The notes under the pieces were generated by a model. It was not told the origin of the DNA. It made no database searches and saw only the letters and a list, made by a program, of their open reading frames with translations. From an uncultured virus (IMG/VR IMGVR_UViG_3300046692_000581) (lineage: Duplodnaviria > Heunggongvirae > Uroviricota > Caudoviricetes), in IMG/VR virus record IMGVR_UViG_3300046692_000581: a stretch of DNA of 20,000 bases. One strand, given 5' to 3'. The position numbers were made by a program, and so were the translations under genes. Positions 8,406 to 15,729 of the stretch are shown here, piece by piece. How positions within the stretch are numbered: position 1 is the stretch's first letter; every line of letters starts with the position of its first letter.

Positions 8406-8433
8406 ATTGTACGTGAAAACCATAAAATGACAA
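8406..8433 (-). promoter_or_regulatory. sigma70 promoter TTGTCA-16-TACAAT
   Basis: Upstream of the AAA ATPase. Confidence 0.5.
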
Positions 8434-8466
8434 CTTGAAATCCATGGCTCATTTCGGCGCCAAACG

Positions 8467-8492
8467 AAAAAAGCCCCGCAAGCGGGGCTTTT
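8467..8492 (-). terminator. intrinsic terminator after chaA
   Basis: AAAAAAGCCCCGC-AA-GCGGGGCTTTT. Confidence 0.85.
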
Positions 8493-8503
8493 AAGCGGTG
8501 ACC

Positions 8504-9646
8504 TTAAAGGCCGATAAATGAAAGATAGATGAAGGTCGCAAACAAGACGAAATGCACCCCGCCTTCAATCGCATTACTCTCACCGTCAGAAACGTTAAGT
8601 GCAGAAATTACCAGGGTTAGGCCGACCATTGCCATTTGAACTGGGGTCAGCGCCATGTCAATCTCATGCCCGGTAAACAGAGAGATTAGTTCAATTACCG
8701 GGATTGTTAGAATCACGGTAGATAGGCTGGCGCCGAGGGCGATATTGACAACAACTTGCATTTTGTTATCCATTGCTGCACGCATCGCAGTTAGGATTTC
8801 TGGACTTGCGGAAATCAGTGCTACTACCAATCCAGCGAAAATTGGAGGAAACCCGCTGCCTTCCAATCCAACATTCATGGCTTTCGACATGACTTCTGCG
8901 AGTAGGCCGGTGACAATAATGCCAGCAATAAGCATGACAGCAGAGAAACTGGTGCTTTCGTGTTCTTGTTCCAAATCGTGCTGCGCCATTTCTTGTCGGT
9001 GTTTCGACTTTTCGTAATTGTACGAGAAGAAATAACTGTGTTCTTTAGTTTGCATCCGCAGAAACAAACTGTACAAAACGACCATGGAAATGATGGTAAA
9101 AACCGAGAAGGATTTCCAATGTTCAATAGTCACGAACTTAGGAATAACCATGGAAATGCCAACCGCCGCCATGATCATAATCACATACGAGCGCCCAGAA
9201 TCATCATTGTAAGGTTGTTCACCATGTTTGAATCCACCAAACAAAGCAGCCAAGCCGATAATCATATTCATATCAATTTGGAGGCAAGCGTAAATAGTAT
9301 CGCGAGCCAGCGTAGGTGATGGATTGTTCATCATCATAATGGCCAGAATTACAACTTCTACAAGCACCGCAGCGGTTGTAAGTATCATGGTGCCGTAGGG
9401 ATCACCCACTTTCTCAGCCAGCACTTCAGCATGATGCGCAACACGAATGGCGGTCAGGATAATTGCACCGATGAGTGCAAAGGTTGCAATCAATGCAGGT
9501 ACTTGTCCATGGGATACCAGCGTGTGCTCGATAGCGTAAGCCAAAATGGCCATTAGCAGTGCGGCGATGATCAGCTTCTCACCCTTGATGTTTTGAAGGG
9601 TAAAGGCCTTGGTGCCTACATCAAGCGTGGAGCTTCCTACGGTCAT
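8504..9646 (-). CDS. chaA: Ca2+(Na+)/H+ antiporter, CaCA family
   Basis: About 10-11 TM segments; RVAHHAEVLAEKVGDPYGTMIL...VEV, alpha-2 repeat VALISASPE, NIALGASLSTVILTIP, SDGESNAIEGGVH. Confidence 0.92.
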   Translation of the reverse strand: MTVGSSTLDVGTKAFTLQNIKGEKLIIAALLMAILAYAIEHTLVSHGQVPALIATFALIGAIILTAIRVAHHAEVLAEKVGDPYGTMILTTAAVLVEVVILAIMMMNNPSPTLARDTIYACLQIDMNMIIGLAALFGGFKHGEQPYNDDSGRSYVIMIMAAVGISMVIPKFVTIEHWKSFSVFTIISMVVLYSLFLRMQTKEHSYFFSYNYEKSKHRQEMAQHDLEQEHESTSFSAVMLIAGIIVTGLLAEVMSKAMNVGLEGSGFPPIFAGLVVALISASPEILTAMRAAMDNKMQVVVNIALGASLSTVILTIPVIELISLFTGHEIDMALTPVQMAMVGLTLVISALNVSDGESNAIEGGVHFVLFATFIYLSFIGL

Positions 9647-9683
9647 GGATAATTCCTTGAAAATAATTGGTTTGAGGCTTTTT

Positions 9684-9730
9684 GCGGCCTTAAATCTTGA
9701 TGATCACAGGACTCGCCTGCTAAACAAGAT
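9684..9730 (-). ncRNA. putative nhaA-II-like (Li+-II) riboswitch aptamer in the chaA leader
   Basis: AUCUUG-UUUA-GCAGG-CGAGU-CCUGU-GAUCAU-CAAGAU-UUA-AGGCCGC: nested P1/P2 stems plus a GGCCGC tail, upstream of a cation antiporter. Confidence 0.55.
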
Positions 9731-9732
9731 GA

Positions 9733-9761
9733 ATTATATTTTAATTTTGAATTTTAGTCAA
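9733..9761 (-). promoter_or_regulatory. sigma70 promoter TTGACT-17-TATAAT
   Basis: Upstream of the chaA leader. Confidence 0.7.
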
Positions 9762-9798
9762 TATAATAAACGATATTTAGGCTTTAAATCGTTGTGAA

Positions 9799-9999
9799 TC
9801 ACTGATCCAGGCACACGCCAATGGCTTGGAATTTGTAATGTTTATCGATGATAAGGGTGTATTTCTCTTCCAATTTAAGCTTGGCTTGAGAGCATTTCGA
9901 TGAGTCTGCAAAGGGGATCAGCAATGTGCTTGTGTTGCCTGCTCGGGTAATGCTTTCTACTGGCGTTGCATAGATGACTAGACTGAGAATTACGCTCAT
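9799..9999 (-). CDS. small hypothetical protein, 66 aa (possibly secreted; two Cys)
   Basis: Hydrophobic N-terminus; F...C..A....C pattern typical of small phage/plasmid proteins. Confidence 0.55.
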   Translation of the reverse strand: MSVILSLVIYATPVESITRAGNTSTLLIPFADSSKCSQAKLKLEEKYTLIIDKHYKFQAIGVCLDQ

Positions 10000-10045
10000 G
10001 GATTATACCGATGAACCTCGTTGCACGAGGATTGTCCAGGGTGTT

Positions 10046-10069
10046 GTGGCCTCCTTCCTGGGAGGCCAC
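10046..10069 (-). terminator. GC-rich hairpin after the 10077 ORF
   Basis: GTGGCCTCC/GGAGGCCAC perfect 9-bp stem; no U-tract. Confidence 0.5.
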
Positions 10070-10076
10070 TCGCTTG

Positions 10077-10706
10077 TCAGGTGCGCACTTGTTCGTTTTC
10101 TGGGATGGTCATGGGTTTGCGCTTGAACACGACGAGGATTGCGCCCTCAGCTCGGCTACCTTGCAGACTGATGCGATCATAGGCGCTTAGCTTGAACTTG
10201 CCCTTCTCCATTGCTGTGTCGACACCATCGAGGTAATTGCTTGTGCCGGTCTGTTTGCGCTGTGGCTTGATTTCGATGGCGTTGGCTGGAATCATGCCCT
10301 CAGCATTGCAGGGAACGGCGATGTGACGCGCTGTCGGATTGCCATTCACGTCGCGAGTGAAGTCGTAAATTTTCACCAGGACGTACTCTGCCGAGGCGAT
10401 TTTCTGCGCTTCGTCGCAGACATGCTCCTCGTAGTATTCGGCGAAATACTTGGCAGCCTGCTTACGATCTTCAGGTTTAAATATCTTGTTCCAGTTGCCT
10501 TCTTTATCAAATTGCTTGGCATAGCTTTTGGCTGCTTCATCGGCGAGGTTTTCCCACACTTTGATGGCCTCTTCTGCCTTGTAGTTGCCAGCAGCGAGAT
10601 GCTTGCTCAGGTTGATACAGATTGGCATCACTCGCGAATCGTACAGGGTGCCGTCGTTTACGGCAAACAGGGATAGTTCATTTGCAGCTTCAGACATAGT
10701 GGACAT
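10077..10706 (-). CDS. hypothetical phage/plasmid-type protein (~209 aa)
   Basis: ORF 10077..10742; ATG 10706 has an AGGA RBS; helical N-terminal domain EL.LFAVNDGTLY...Y....A.K.W...AAK.Y.K.F. Confidence 0.75.
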   Translation of the reverse strand: MSTMSEAANELSLFAVNDGTLYDSRVMPICINLSKHLAAGNYKAEEAIKVWENLADEAAKSYAKQFDKEGNWNKIFKPEDRKQAAKYFAEYYEEHVCDEAQKIASAEYVLVKIYDFTRDVNGNPTARHIAVPCNAEGMIPANAIEIKPQRKQTGTSNYLDGVDTAMEKGKFKLSAYDRISLQGSRAEGAILVVFKRKPMTIPENEQVRT

Positions 10707-10748
10707 GATCGATTCCTGGGTGACTTCGGAGTTTGTTTTCATGTGTCC

Positions 10749-10776
10749 ATTATAAGGCGATTTAGAATATTGTCAA
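10749..10776 (-). promoter_or_regulatory. sigma70 promoter TTGACA-16-TATAAT
   Basis: Perfect hexamers. Confidence 0.7.
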
Positions 10777-10820
10777 CCATATTGTCATTGCGTAGATGCT
10801 CTACTGCAAGAAAAGTGTAA

Positions 10821-10879
10821 ATCGGCAATATAATGCATACAAGAGGCATAAAATGGGAGATTATCGGCAATATAATGCA
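10821..10879. repeat. two 17-bp direct repeats ATCGGCAATATAATGCA, 42-bp period
   Basis: Exact copies at 10821-10837 and 10863-10879. Confidence 0.9.
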
Positions 10880-10932
10880 GATTGTGAAAGGATTGTGGCG
10901 AGGATTTGGAGATGGCGCGTTTAGTCGTGAAT

Positions 10933-11085
10933 TCATTTGGCCTGAATGCAAGAAGGCCACGCTTGTTCAGCATGGCCTTTGTTGTGCTTGCGATAACCGC
11001 GCTTATCGTCTTTACGGCGATCACGGTGCACCGCTGCTCGGCTGGTGGAGTGGAGGTTTTTTGCAACCAAATTGCCCTTTGCCAT
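10933..11085 (-). CDS. 50-aa basic ArfA-like (alternative ribosome rescue factor-like) small protein (not in ORF track)
   Basis: MAKGNLVAKNLHSTSRAAVHRDRRKDDKRGYRKHNKGHAEQAWPSCIQAK*; AAGGGA RBS; own promoter; K/R-rich with a GY.KH motif; hairpin inside the CDS right after KH. Confidence 0.7.
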   Translation of the reverse strand: MAKGNLVAKNLHSTSRAAVHRDRRKDDKRGYRKHNKGHAEQAWPSCIQAK

Positions 11086-11117
11086 TTTCCCTTACCTATT
11101 TGGTGTGTTGTTGATTT

Positions 11118-11146
11118 ATTTTACCGCAACGTAAAATAGACGTCAA
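11118..11146 (-). promoter_or_regulatory. sigma70 promoter TTGACG-17-TAAAAT overlapped by palindrome TATTTTAC-N6-GTAAAATA
   Basis: Directly upstream of the ArfA-like ORF. Confidence 0.7.
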
Positions 11147-11207
11147 TATGATTGACTGAGGTTATGGGGCGTAAGCGCTGCATACGCCCTGTCGTCTAAA
11201 TTAGCGC

Positions 11208-11948
11208 TTATTCGCCTTCCTCGTCTACGTCATTCTGGGAGCAGGAATCCAGTCGCCCCCTGAGCATTTCGAGGTCGTCTTCCAGCTGTTCATCATCATC
11301 CAGATTCAGGTCCATCATGATGGCCATGATCATGTCCCCGAGTGACAGTGAGTGTGCGTTGGCCATGAAGATGTGTAGCTCGCGCCTTTCGTAATCGATA
11401 TTTGTTCTGTCTTCTGTTGCGTAATTCAGTTCCAGCTTGTATTTGTCGTTCAGGATTTTGATTGGCTGGTAGAACACATCCCTGAGCGGCGTATAGGAGA
11501 GGCTCTGGTCACCTGCGATGGAGTGCCCGCAGAAGTGCGTTCCCACATTGACCGACATTGATGGGGTGTCGCTCCAAACCATTCTGAATCCGTTTTCTGG
11601 ATCGTCGAAGTCCGCGTGCCCGGTGAGTTCGTTTTTCGAGGTGATTCCGTATTGTTGCAGCGTTAGGTACTGTATTTCGCCTTCGCCCCACGCTTGATCG
11701 GCTGGTCGGATGACTCCGACTCTTGCTGGGACTTTTTCTGCGTGTGCCATGAACGAATCTGTCCATGAGGTGAGCAGTCTTAGCGTTGGGTATTTGGTCA
11801 GGAGTCGTTTGACTGACAGGAGGCTGAAATTGCTCTCTGTTCCTGGCGCCAGTTGGAAGATTGAATGTGTATTTTCGAGTATTTTATCGTCGCATACGAG
11901 TTCTTCGTCGCGGAATACTTCGCCGGTACGTGCATTGAATGTGATCAT
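11208..11948 (-). CDS. hypothetical protein, 246 aa, acidic C-terminus
   Basis: Long ORF; downstream hairpin 11167-11189; upstream promoter. Confidence 0.8.
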   Translation of the reverse strand: MITFNARTGEVFRDEELVCDDKILENTHSIFQLAPGTESNFSLLSVKRLLTKYPTLRLLTSWTDSFMAHAEKVPARVGVIRPADQAWGEGEIQYLTLQQYGITSKNELTGHADFDDPENGFRMVWSDTPSMSVNVGTHFCGHSIAGDQSLSYTPLRDVFYQPIKILNDKYKLELNYATEDRTNIDYERRELHIFMANAHSLSLGDMIMAIMMDLNLDDDEQLEDDLEMLRGRLDSCSQNDVDEEGE

Positions 11949-12071
11949 TTTGATGTCTCTTTTCAGTTATAAGATAAGCATATTAGACATACAGGTCTCT
12001 CCCAGTAGCGCTCAGAAGGAAATCAAATATTTAGATTATGCGGCGGGAGCGGAACCACCGCAAAGATGTTT

Positions 12072-12100
12072 ATTATGCATGAATGATCATGTTTTGTCAA
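12072..12100 (-). promoter_or_regulatory. sigma70 promoter TTGACA-17-CATAAT
   Basis: Read from the reverse complement. Confidence 0.65.
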
Positions 12101-12117
12101 CAATAATAGCTTGTTAA

Positions 12118-12510
12118 TTAAGCACTGCTACTCTGTTCCGTTTTTTTTGCTATTTTCTGTTCATTGAATCGTGTCACGGCCTTTTTCCCGGCGCTGGCCA
12201 GCCATGGCACCATGAACTCTGGGACTCCAGCTTTCTCTGCAATTTTGGCAATGGCCATGTCGACATATTCCGTTGCATCCCCCTCCCCTTTGCTAATATT
12301 TTTGAGGTTGGAAAGGTGTGACTTTACCTCTCGATAATCTAGGTACATCAGTACCGGCAAAACGAGAATGATCGTGCCGATGAATGCAAAAAAGGCAAGG
12401 GTTGGAAGCAATCCATCAAAAGACAATGTGGCTAGGATCCAGACCACCAATGAGCCAAATACCCACATGAGGTATGTTGGGAGATGACGCTTGAGAATCA
12501 TAAAAAACAT
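12118..12510 (-). CDS. membrane protein with 2 TM helices, 130 aa
   Basis: AGGAG RBS; two hydrophobic segments. Confidence 0.8.
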   Translation of the reverse strand: MFFMILKRHLPTYLMWVFGSLVVWILATLSFDGLLPTLAFFAFIGTIILVLPVLMYLDYREVKSHLSNLKNISKGEGDATEYVDMAIAKIAEKAGVPEFMVPWLASAGKKAVTRFNEQKIAKKTEQSSSA

Positions 12511-12519
12511 GTTTGGCTC

Positions 12520-13146
12520 CTATGCCAGTTGCGGTAGATCGTAAGAATTAATAAGAAGAAAGGACATGCATTTTCTGGCAATGTCCTGTTGATCATAGTC
12601 GGGCTGTAGTGCGGATCCCTTTTCAATCGGATAGGCGGCATGCAGGAATTCGTCAGCCAGCAATACAATCTGTCCTTTAACAACTGGGGTTTGCGTTCCC
12701 CAATTGGTCAAAATTGTACAGCCCTTGGGTGCATCCAATACCATAACCAGGGATCCGATTTGGGCGTCTAGATGACGCGACTCATCGGTATGCGCTGACA
12801 TAAATGAGCATGTCAAAAACTCGAAACACCCTTGTTTCAGGCTCAATAGATGACCCCAGCCTTCGATCAGAGGGGAAAGGCATGCTGAGTCCATTTCAAC
12901 GGCCTCAGTCCAGTAGGCGTCCATATCTCCGTCCATATTGAGGTCAGGGTGGTAATTGATGTCGACAGATTTAATTGCTCCGCCGACGTTTTGTCCTTTC
13001 ATGAATGCAGGAATGGTTCTTTCAAGGCAGGCCGTCAGCAACCTTGTACGCGCCGAATCACTGAGTTGTCCTATGTGCAGAATTCCTGTTTCATTCGGAT
13101 GATCGAAGCCAAGCGTATTGGCCAGAAACGTTTTCTGCGCGATCAT
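12520..13146 (-). CDS. putative Fe(II)/2OG-oxygenase-like (double-stranded beta-helix) protein, 208 aa
   Basis: SAHTD (HxD)...SLVMVL...GQIVLL...LHAA (distal His); ATGA overlap with the upstream gene. Confidence 0.55.
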   Translation of the reverse strand: MIAQKTFLANTLGFDHPNETGILHIGQLSDSARTRLLTACLERTIPAFMKGQNVGGAIKSVDINYHPDLNMDGDMDAYWTEAVEMDSACLSPLIEGWGHLLSLKQGCFEFLTCSFMSAHTDESRHLDAQIGSLVMVLDAPKGCTILTNWGTQTPVVKGQIVLLADEFLHAAYPIEKGSALQPDYDQQDIARKCMSFLLINSYDLPQLA

Positions 13147-13499
13147 TTTCCGCGCTCCAGGATATCGCCATCAATTCCAATGGCGAAAGTGTAGGGGCTT
13201 CCATGATATTTGTTGTCTGGTGGGCAGGTGCGGTACGTTACTGAGCCATCAGTATTAACGCGAATTGGGCTCCGCAAATTTCCACACATCGGGCATGCAA
13301 GTTCCGGATAGCCCTTATGCGGATTAATTTTCAGCGTCTCAACATCAAATTTACCGATGCCTGCTGCATCGCCATTCAGCTTTTTAAGGTTGATGTACTC
13401 TCTCACGCCGTTGGCGGCATCATCCCGAAAAACTCGATTACCATTCAGCAGGTGCTGATAAAAAACGAAGTGTGGTGAATCTGGCGTGATCGGATTCAT
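13143..13499 (-). CDS. hypothetical protein with a putative Zn-ribbon, 118 aa
   Basis: CPMC...TC.....YH; first gene of a three-gene operon. Confidence 0.7.
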   Translation of the reverse strand: MNPITPDSPHFVFYQHLLNGNRVFRDDAANGVREYINLKKLNGDAAGIGKFDVETLKINPHKGYPELACPMCGNLRSPIRVNTDGSVTYRTCPPDNKYHGSPYTFAIGIDGDILERGK

Positions 13500-13655
13500 G
13501 GCTTAACCTTGTGGAAATTCGTCGAGGTGATCTGTGCGAGGCATCTATTATATTATCGAAAGATACACATTAAGTCGACAGTTGTCAATTTTGATGACAT
13601 ATATTATGGTTGAAACTTGGAGTGTGATATAATATCTGTAAAAAGGAGATCCTAC

Positions 13656-14645
13656 ATGAACCAGCCTTGTTTCAATCAGGCATTGTTGTGCGCAAGGGTT
13701 AAGGACCTGGACGGTCTGAAGCGTGCGCTTGAGCAATTCCCACCAGCTACTCAAGGGCCAAGAAATTTTTACGTATCCTCTGTCGTGACGATTGCGATGA
13801 GTGAGGGCTGGGCGCAAGGTCTGGATGCCGTATTGAGTATCAAGCCAACAACATTTCCAGCCTCAAATGAGTTTCCCAACGCCTCGATTCGCGATGCTTT
13901 GCCTGCTTTGATGAAATATAACGAACACTCGAACATGAAGCTTGAAGACACACTTGGTGTCTTGGCCAAACATGCGGGTAATATGGCCCCTACCTTGAAG
14001 GCAGACTTGGCCTTTGAAGTAGGCCCTTATATTCCTGAACAGCTGTATGTCAGATGTCGCTCCGTAGGGCTTCTGGATGCTTCCAAGACGACAAGCGTCA
14101 GCCACCGTCTGACGGGCGCAGGGCAAAGTAATACGGCCCATCCTGAGCGCGTGGCAACCTTTATTGCCGAAATGCCTGCCGAGACCAAGGCGAAGCTGTA
14201 CAACGCCTATTTTACCAATGACAAAGTGGTCAAGACATTTTCTACGAGTTTTCTGGCAGGCGTACTGAATGACCCCGCCTTTTTCGAAGATAAAAACGTC
14301 AACGAAAAGAAATTCAAGATTGATAAGGAATTTATCAATGACCCTGATTTTTCCGCAGTCCTTATCAACAAGGGGCTTCTAGATCAGGATCGTGCTTTTA
14401 CAGCTTTTTGGCGGAACCCAGGCCATGTGAAATTGGCGAATGAGCTGGTGGCAAATTTGAATAAAGGCACATCAGGTAGCCTGGACGTACAGAAAAATGA
14501 GGGGTGGTTACGTTTGGTCTCTGATTCTTTGTTGTCTTCAACAGATGCCACAACTCGACTCAACGCCGTCAAAGTTTTCAATCAGCTGAAAACAAATCTT
14601 GGTCTGCCAATTCAAGATAATCAGCTGTCACACAAAATTGCCTGA
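13656..14645 (+). CDS. hypothetical alpha-helical protein, paralogue A (329 aa)
   Basis: AAGGAG RBS before ATG 13656; extended -10 TGATATAAT at about 13625-13633; aligns with 14697..15521. Confidence 0.85.
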   Translation: MNQPCFNQALLCARVKDLDGLKRALEQFPPATQGPRNFYVSSVVTIAMSEGWAQGLDAVLSIKPTTFPASNEFPNASIRDALPALMKYNEHSNMKLEDTLGVLAKHAGNMAPTLKADLAFEVGPYIPEQLYVRCRSVGLLDASKTTSVSHRLTGAGQSNTAHPERVATFIAEMPAETKAKLYNAYFTNDKVVKTFSTSFLAGVLNDPAFFEDKNVNEKKFKIDKEFINDPDFSAVLINKGLLDQDRAFTAFWRNPGHVKLANELVANLNKGTSGSLDVQKNEGWLRLVSDSLLSSTDATTRLNAVKVFNQLKTNLGLPIQDNQLSHKIA

Positions 14646-14696
14646 TCCATAGGCTTTAGATTCTACCGACACAACGTAAGTATTTTAAACAGAGGG

Positions 14697-15521
14697 ATGT
14701 ATATGTCAGGGATACCAAATATGCCGATTTTCAATGCGGAAGTCAGTGCAGAAAACAGAAACATGGATGGTCTTTACGAAGCATTGAAAGGCATTGATTC
14801 ATTGCCGGAACACGATAAATCGGCAGCAGTCTCGGGCCTAGTTCAAACGGCAATGATGGGCAAGTGGGTTGAGGGTGTTGCAGTGCTCCTTAACGTAAAG
14901 GGGGCTGCTTTTCCTGCGGAGAGTATTCGTGACGGCTTGGATAGTTTTGTCACCCCGTACAATGAGGCAAGGGGAGAAGATTTGTTGAGGGTGCTTTCGT
15001 ATCACCAGAACAAAATGCCGCCTTCATTGAAGGCCGAAATCGGCATTGAGTTTGGTCCTTACATGAGCAAATCTAACTGGGATCGGCACCGCGCAAGTGG
15101 CTTGATCAGCGCTGTGGATAATGAAAAAACCACTTTCAGAATGCACGGTGCTACGCCACTACAGGGAGCGTTGGCGCCAAGCCGCGTCGCCGAACTGATT
15201 ATGGAGATGCCTGAAAAAACACGCGCCCAAATTTATAATCGACAGTTGACGGCGGGCATTACAGGCGTTGCCCGTGAAGTGGGGCACTTTTCGGCTGAGT
15301 TCATGGCTAAGATCATGAAGGATGACGTCCTTTTCAATAATGACATGACTACTGAGAAGAAGTTTGTAGTCAACGCCAATCATTTAAAAAACCCGGAGTT
15401 TTTCATTGCCGCAGAAGAGCGTGGGATGCTGTCGGAAAAGGACAAGATCTTGACTAAAGGTCCTGGGCCGACGATGCGAAATGATTCAGGAATTAAATCA
15501 ATGTTGGGCCTAGGTTGTTAA
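14697..15521 (+). CDS. hypothetical alpha-helical protein, paralogue B (274 aa)
   Basis: Collinear similarity to 13656..14645; followed by a terminator. Confidence 0.85.
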   Translation: MYMSGIPNMPIFNAEVSAENRNMDGLYEALKGIDSLPEHDKSAAVSGLVQTAMMGKWVEGVAVLLNVKGAAFPAESIRDGLDSFVTPYNEARGEDLLRVLSYHQNKMPPSLKAEIGIEFGPYMSKSNWDRHRASGLISAVDNEKTTFRMHGATPLQGALAPSRVAELIMEMPEKTRAQIYNRQLTAGITGVAREVGHFSAEFMAKIMKDDVLFNNDMTTEKKFVVNANHLKNPEFFIAAEERGMLSEKDKILTKGPGPTMRNDSGIKSMLGLGC

Positions 15522-15544
15522 CGGCCCATGTGTTTTATTTTAGA

Positions 15545-15692
15545 TGAAAAAATAAAGCCTCCGAAGTGGAGGCTTTATTCGTTTTACGTTACAGATCTAA
15601 TCTTTGGCAAGTTTCCCTGCGTATCCTGCTCACGGGCTAGGGGTGTTTCCACCGATATCGCAGACCCCTTTCGGGTCTCAGTTTCTGCGACA
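15545..15692 (-). ncRNA. putative novel structured small RNA (~145 nt)
   Basis: Promoter TTGCAA-17-TATCAT (15698-15726), four hairpins (three GAAA tetraloops), ends in the terminator; no ORF on this strand. Confidence 0.55.
15551..15579. terminator. bidirectional intrinsic terminator
   Basis: AATAAAGCCTCC-GAAGT-GGAGGCTTTATT. Confidence 0.85.
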
Positions 15693-15729
15693 ACTGGATG
15701 ATAAGTATGGCGCTAAGAATTTGCAATTA

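Noticed and set aside
10707..10748. Leaderless translation from ATG 10742 (6 nt after TATAAT)
   Set aside because: Possible, but the in-frame ATG at 10706 has a good AGGA RBS and is the simpler explanation.
10821..10879. Mini CRISPR array associated with the TnpB/Cas12-like gene
   Set aside because: Only two 17-bp non-palindromic repeats, too short for CRISPR repeats, and about 7.5 kb from tnpB; no array next to tnpB within the window.
10739..11139. ORF-track ORFs 10739..10960, 10785..11066, 10833..11114 and 10906..11139
   Set aside because: They lack an RBS or promoter fit and run through repeats or promoters; the 50-aa ORF 10933..11085 explains the signals better.
15660..15690. Hammerhead ribozyme (CUGAGA...GAAA)
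   Set aside because: The core needs CUGANGA and a GAAA outside stem II; here the GAAA sequences are tetraloops and the spacing does not fit.
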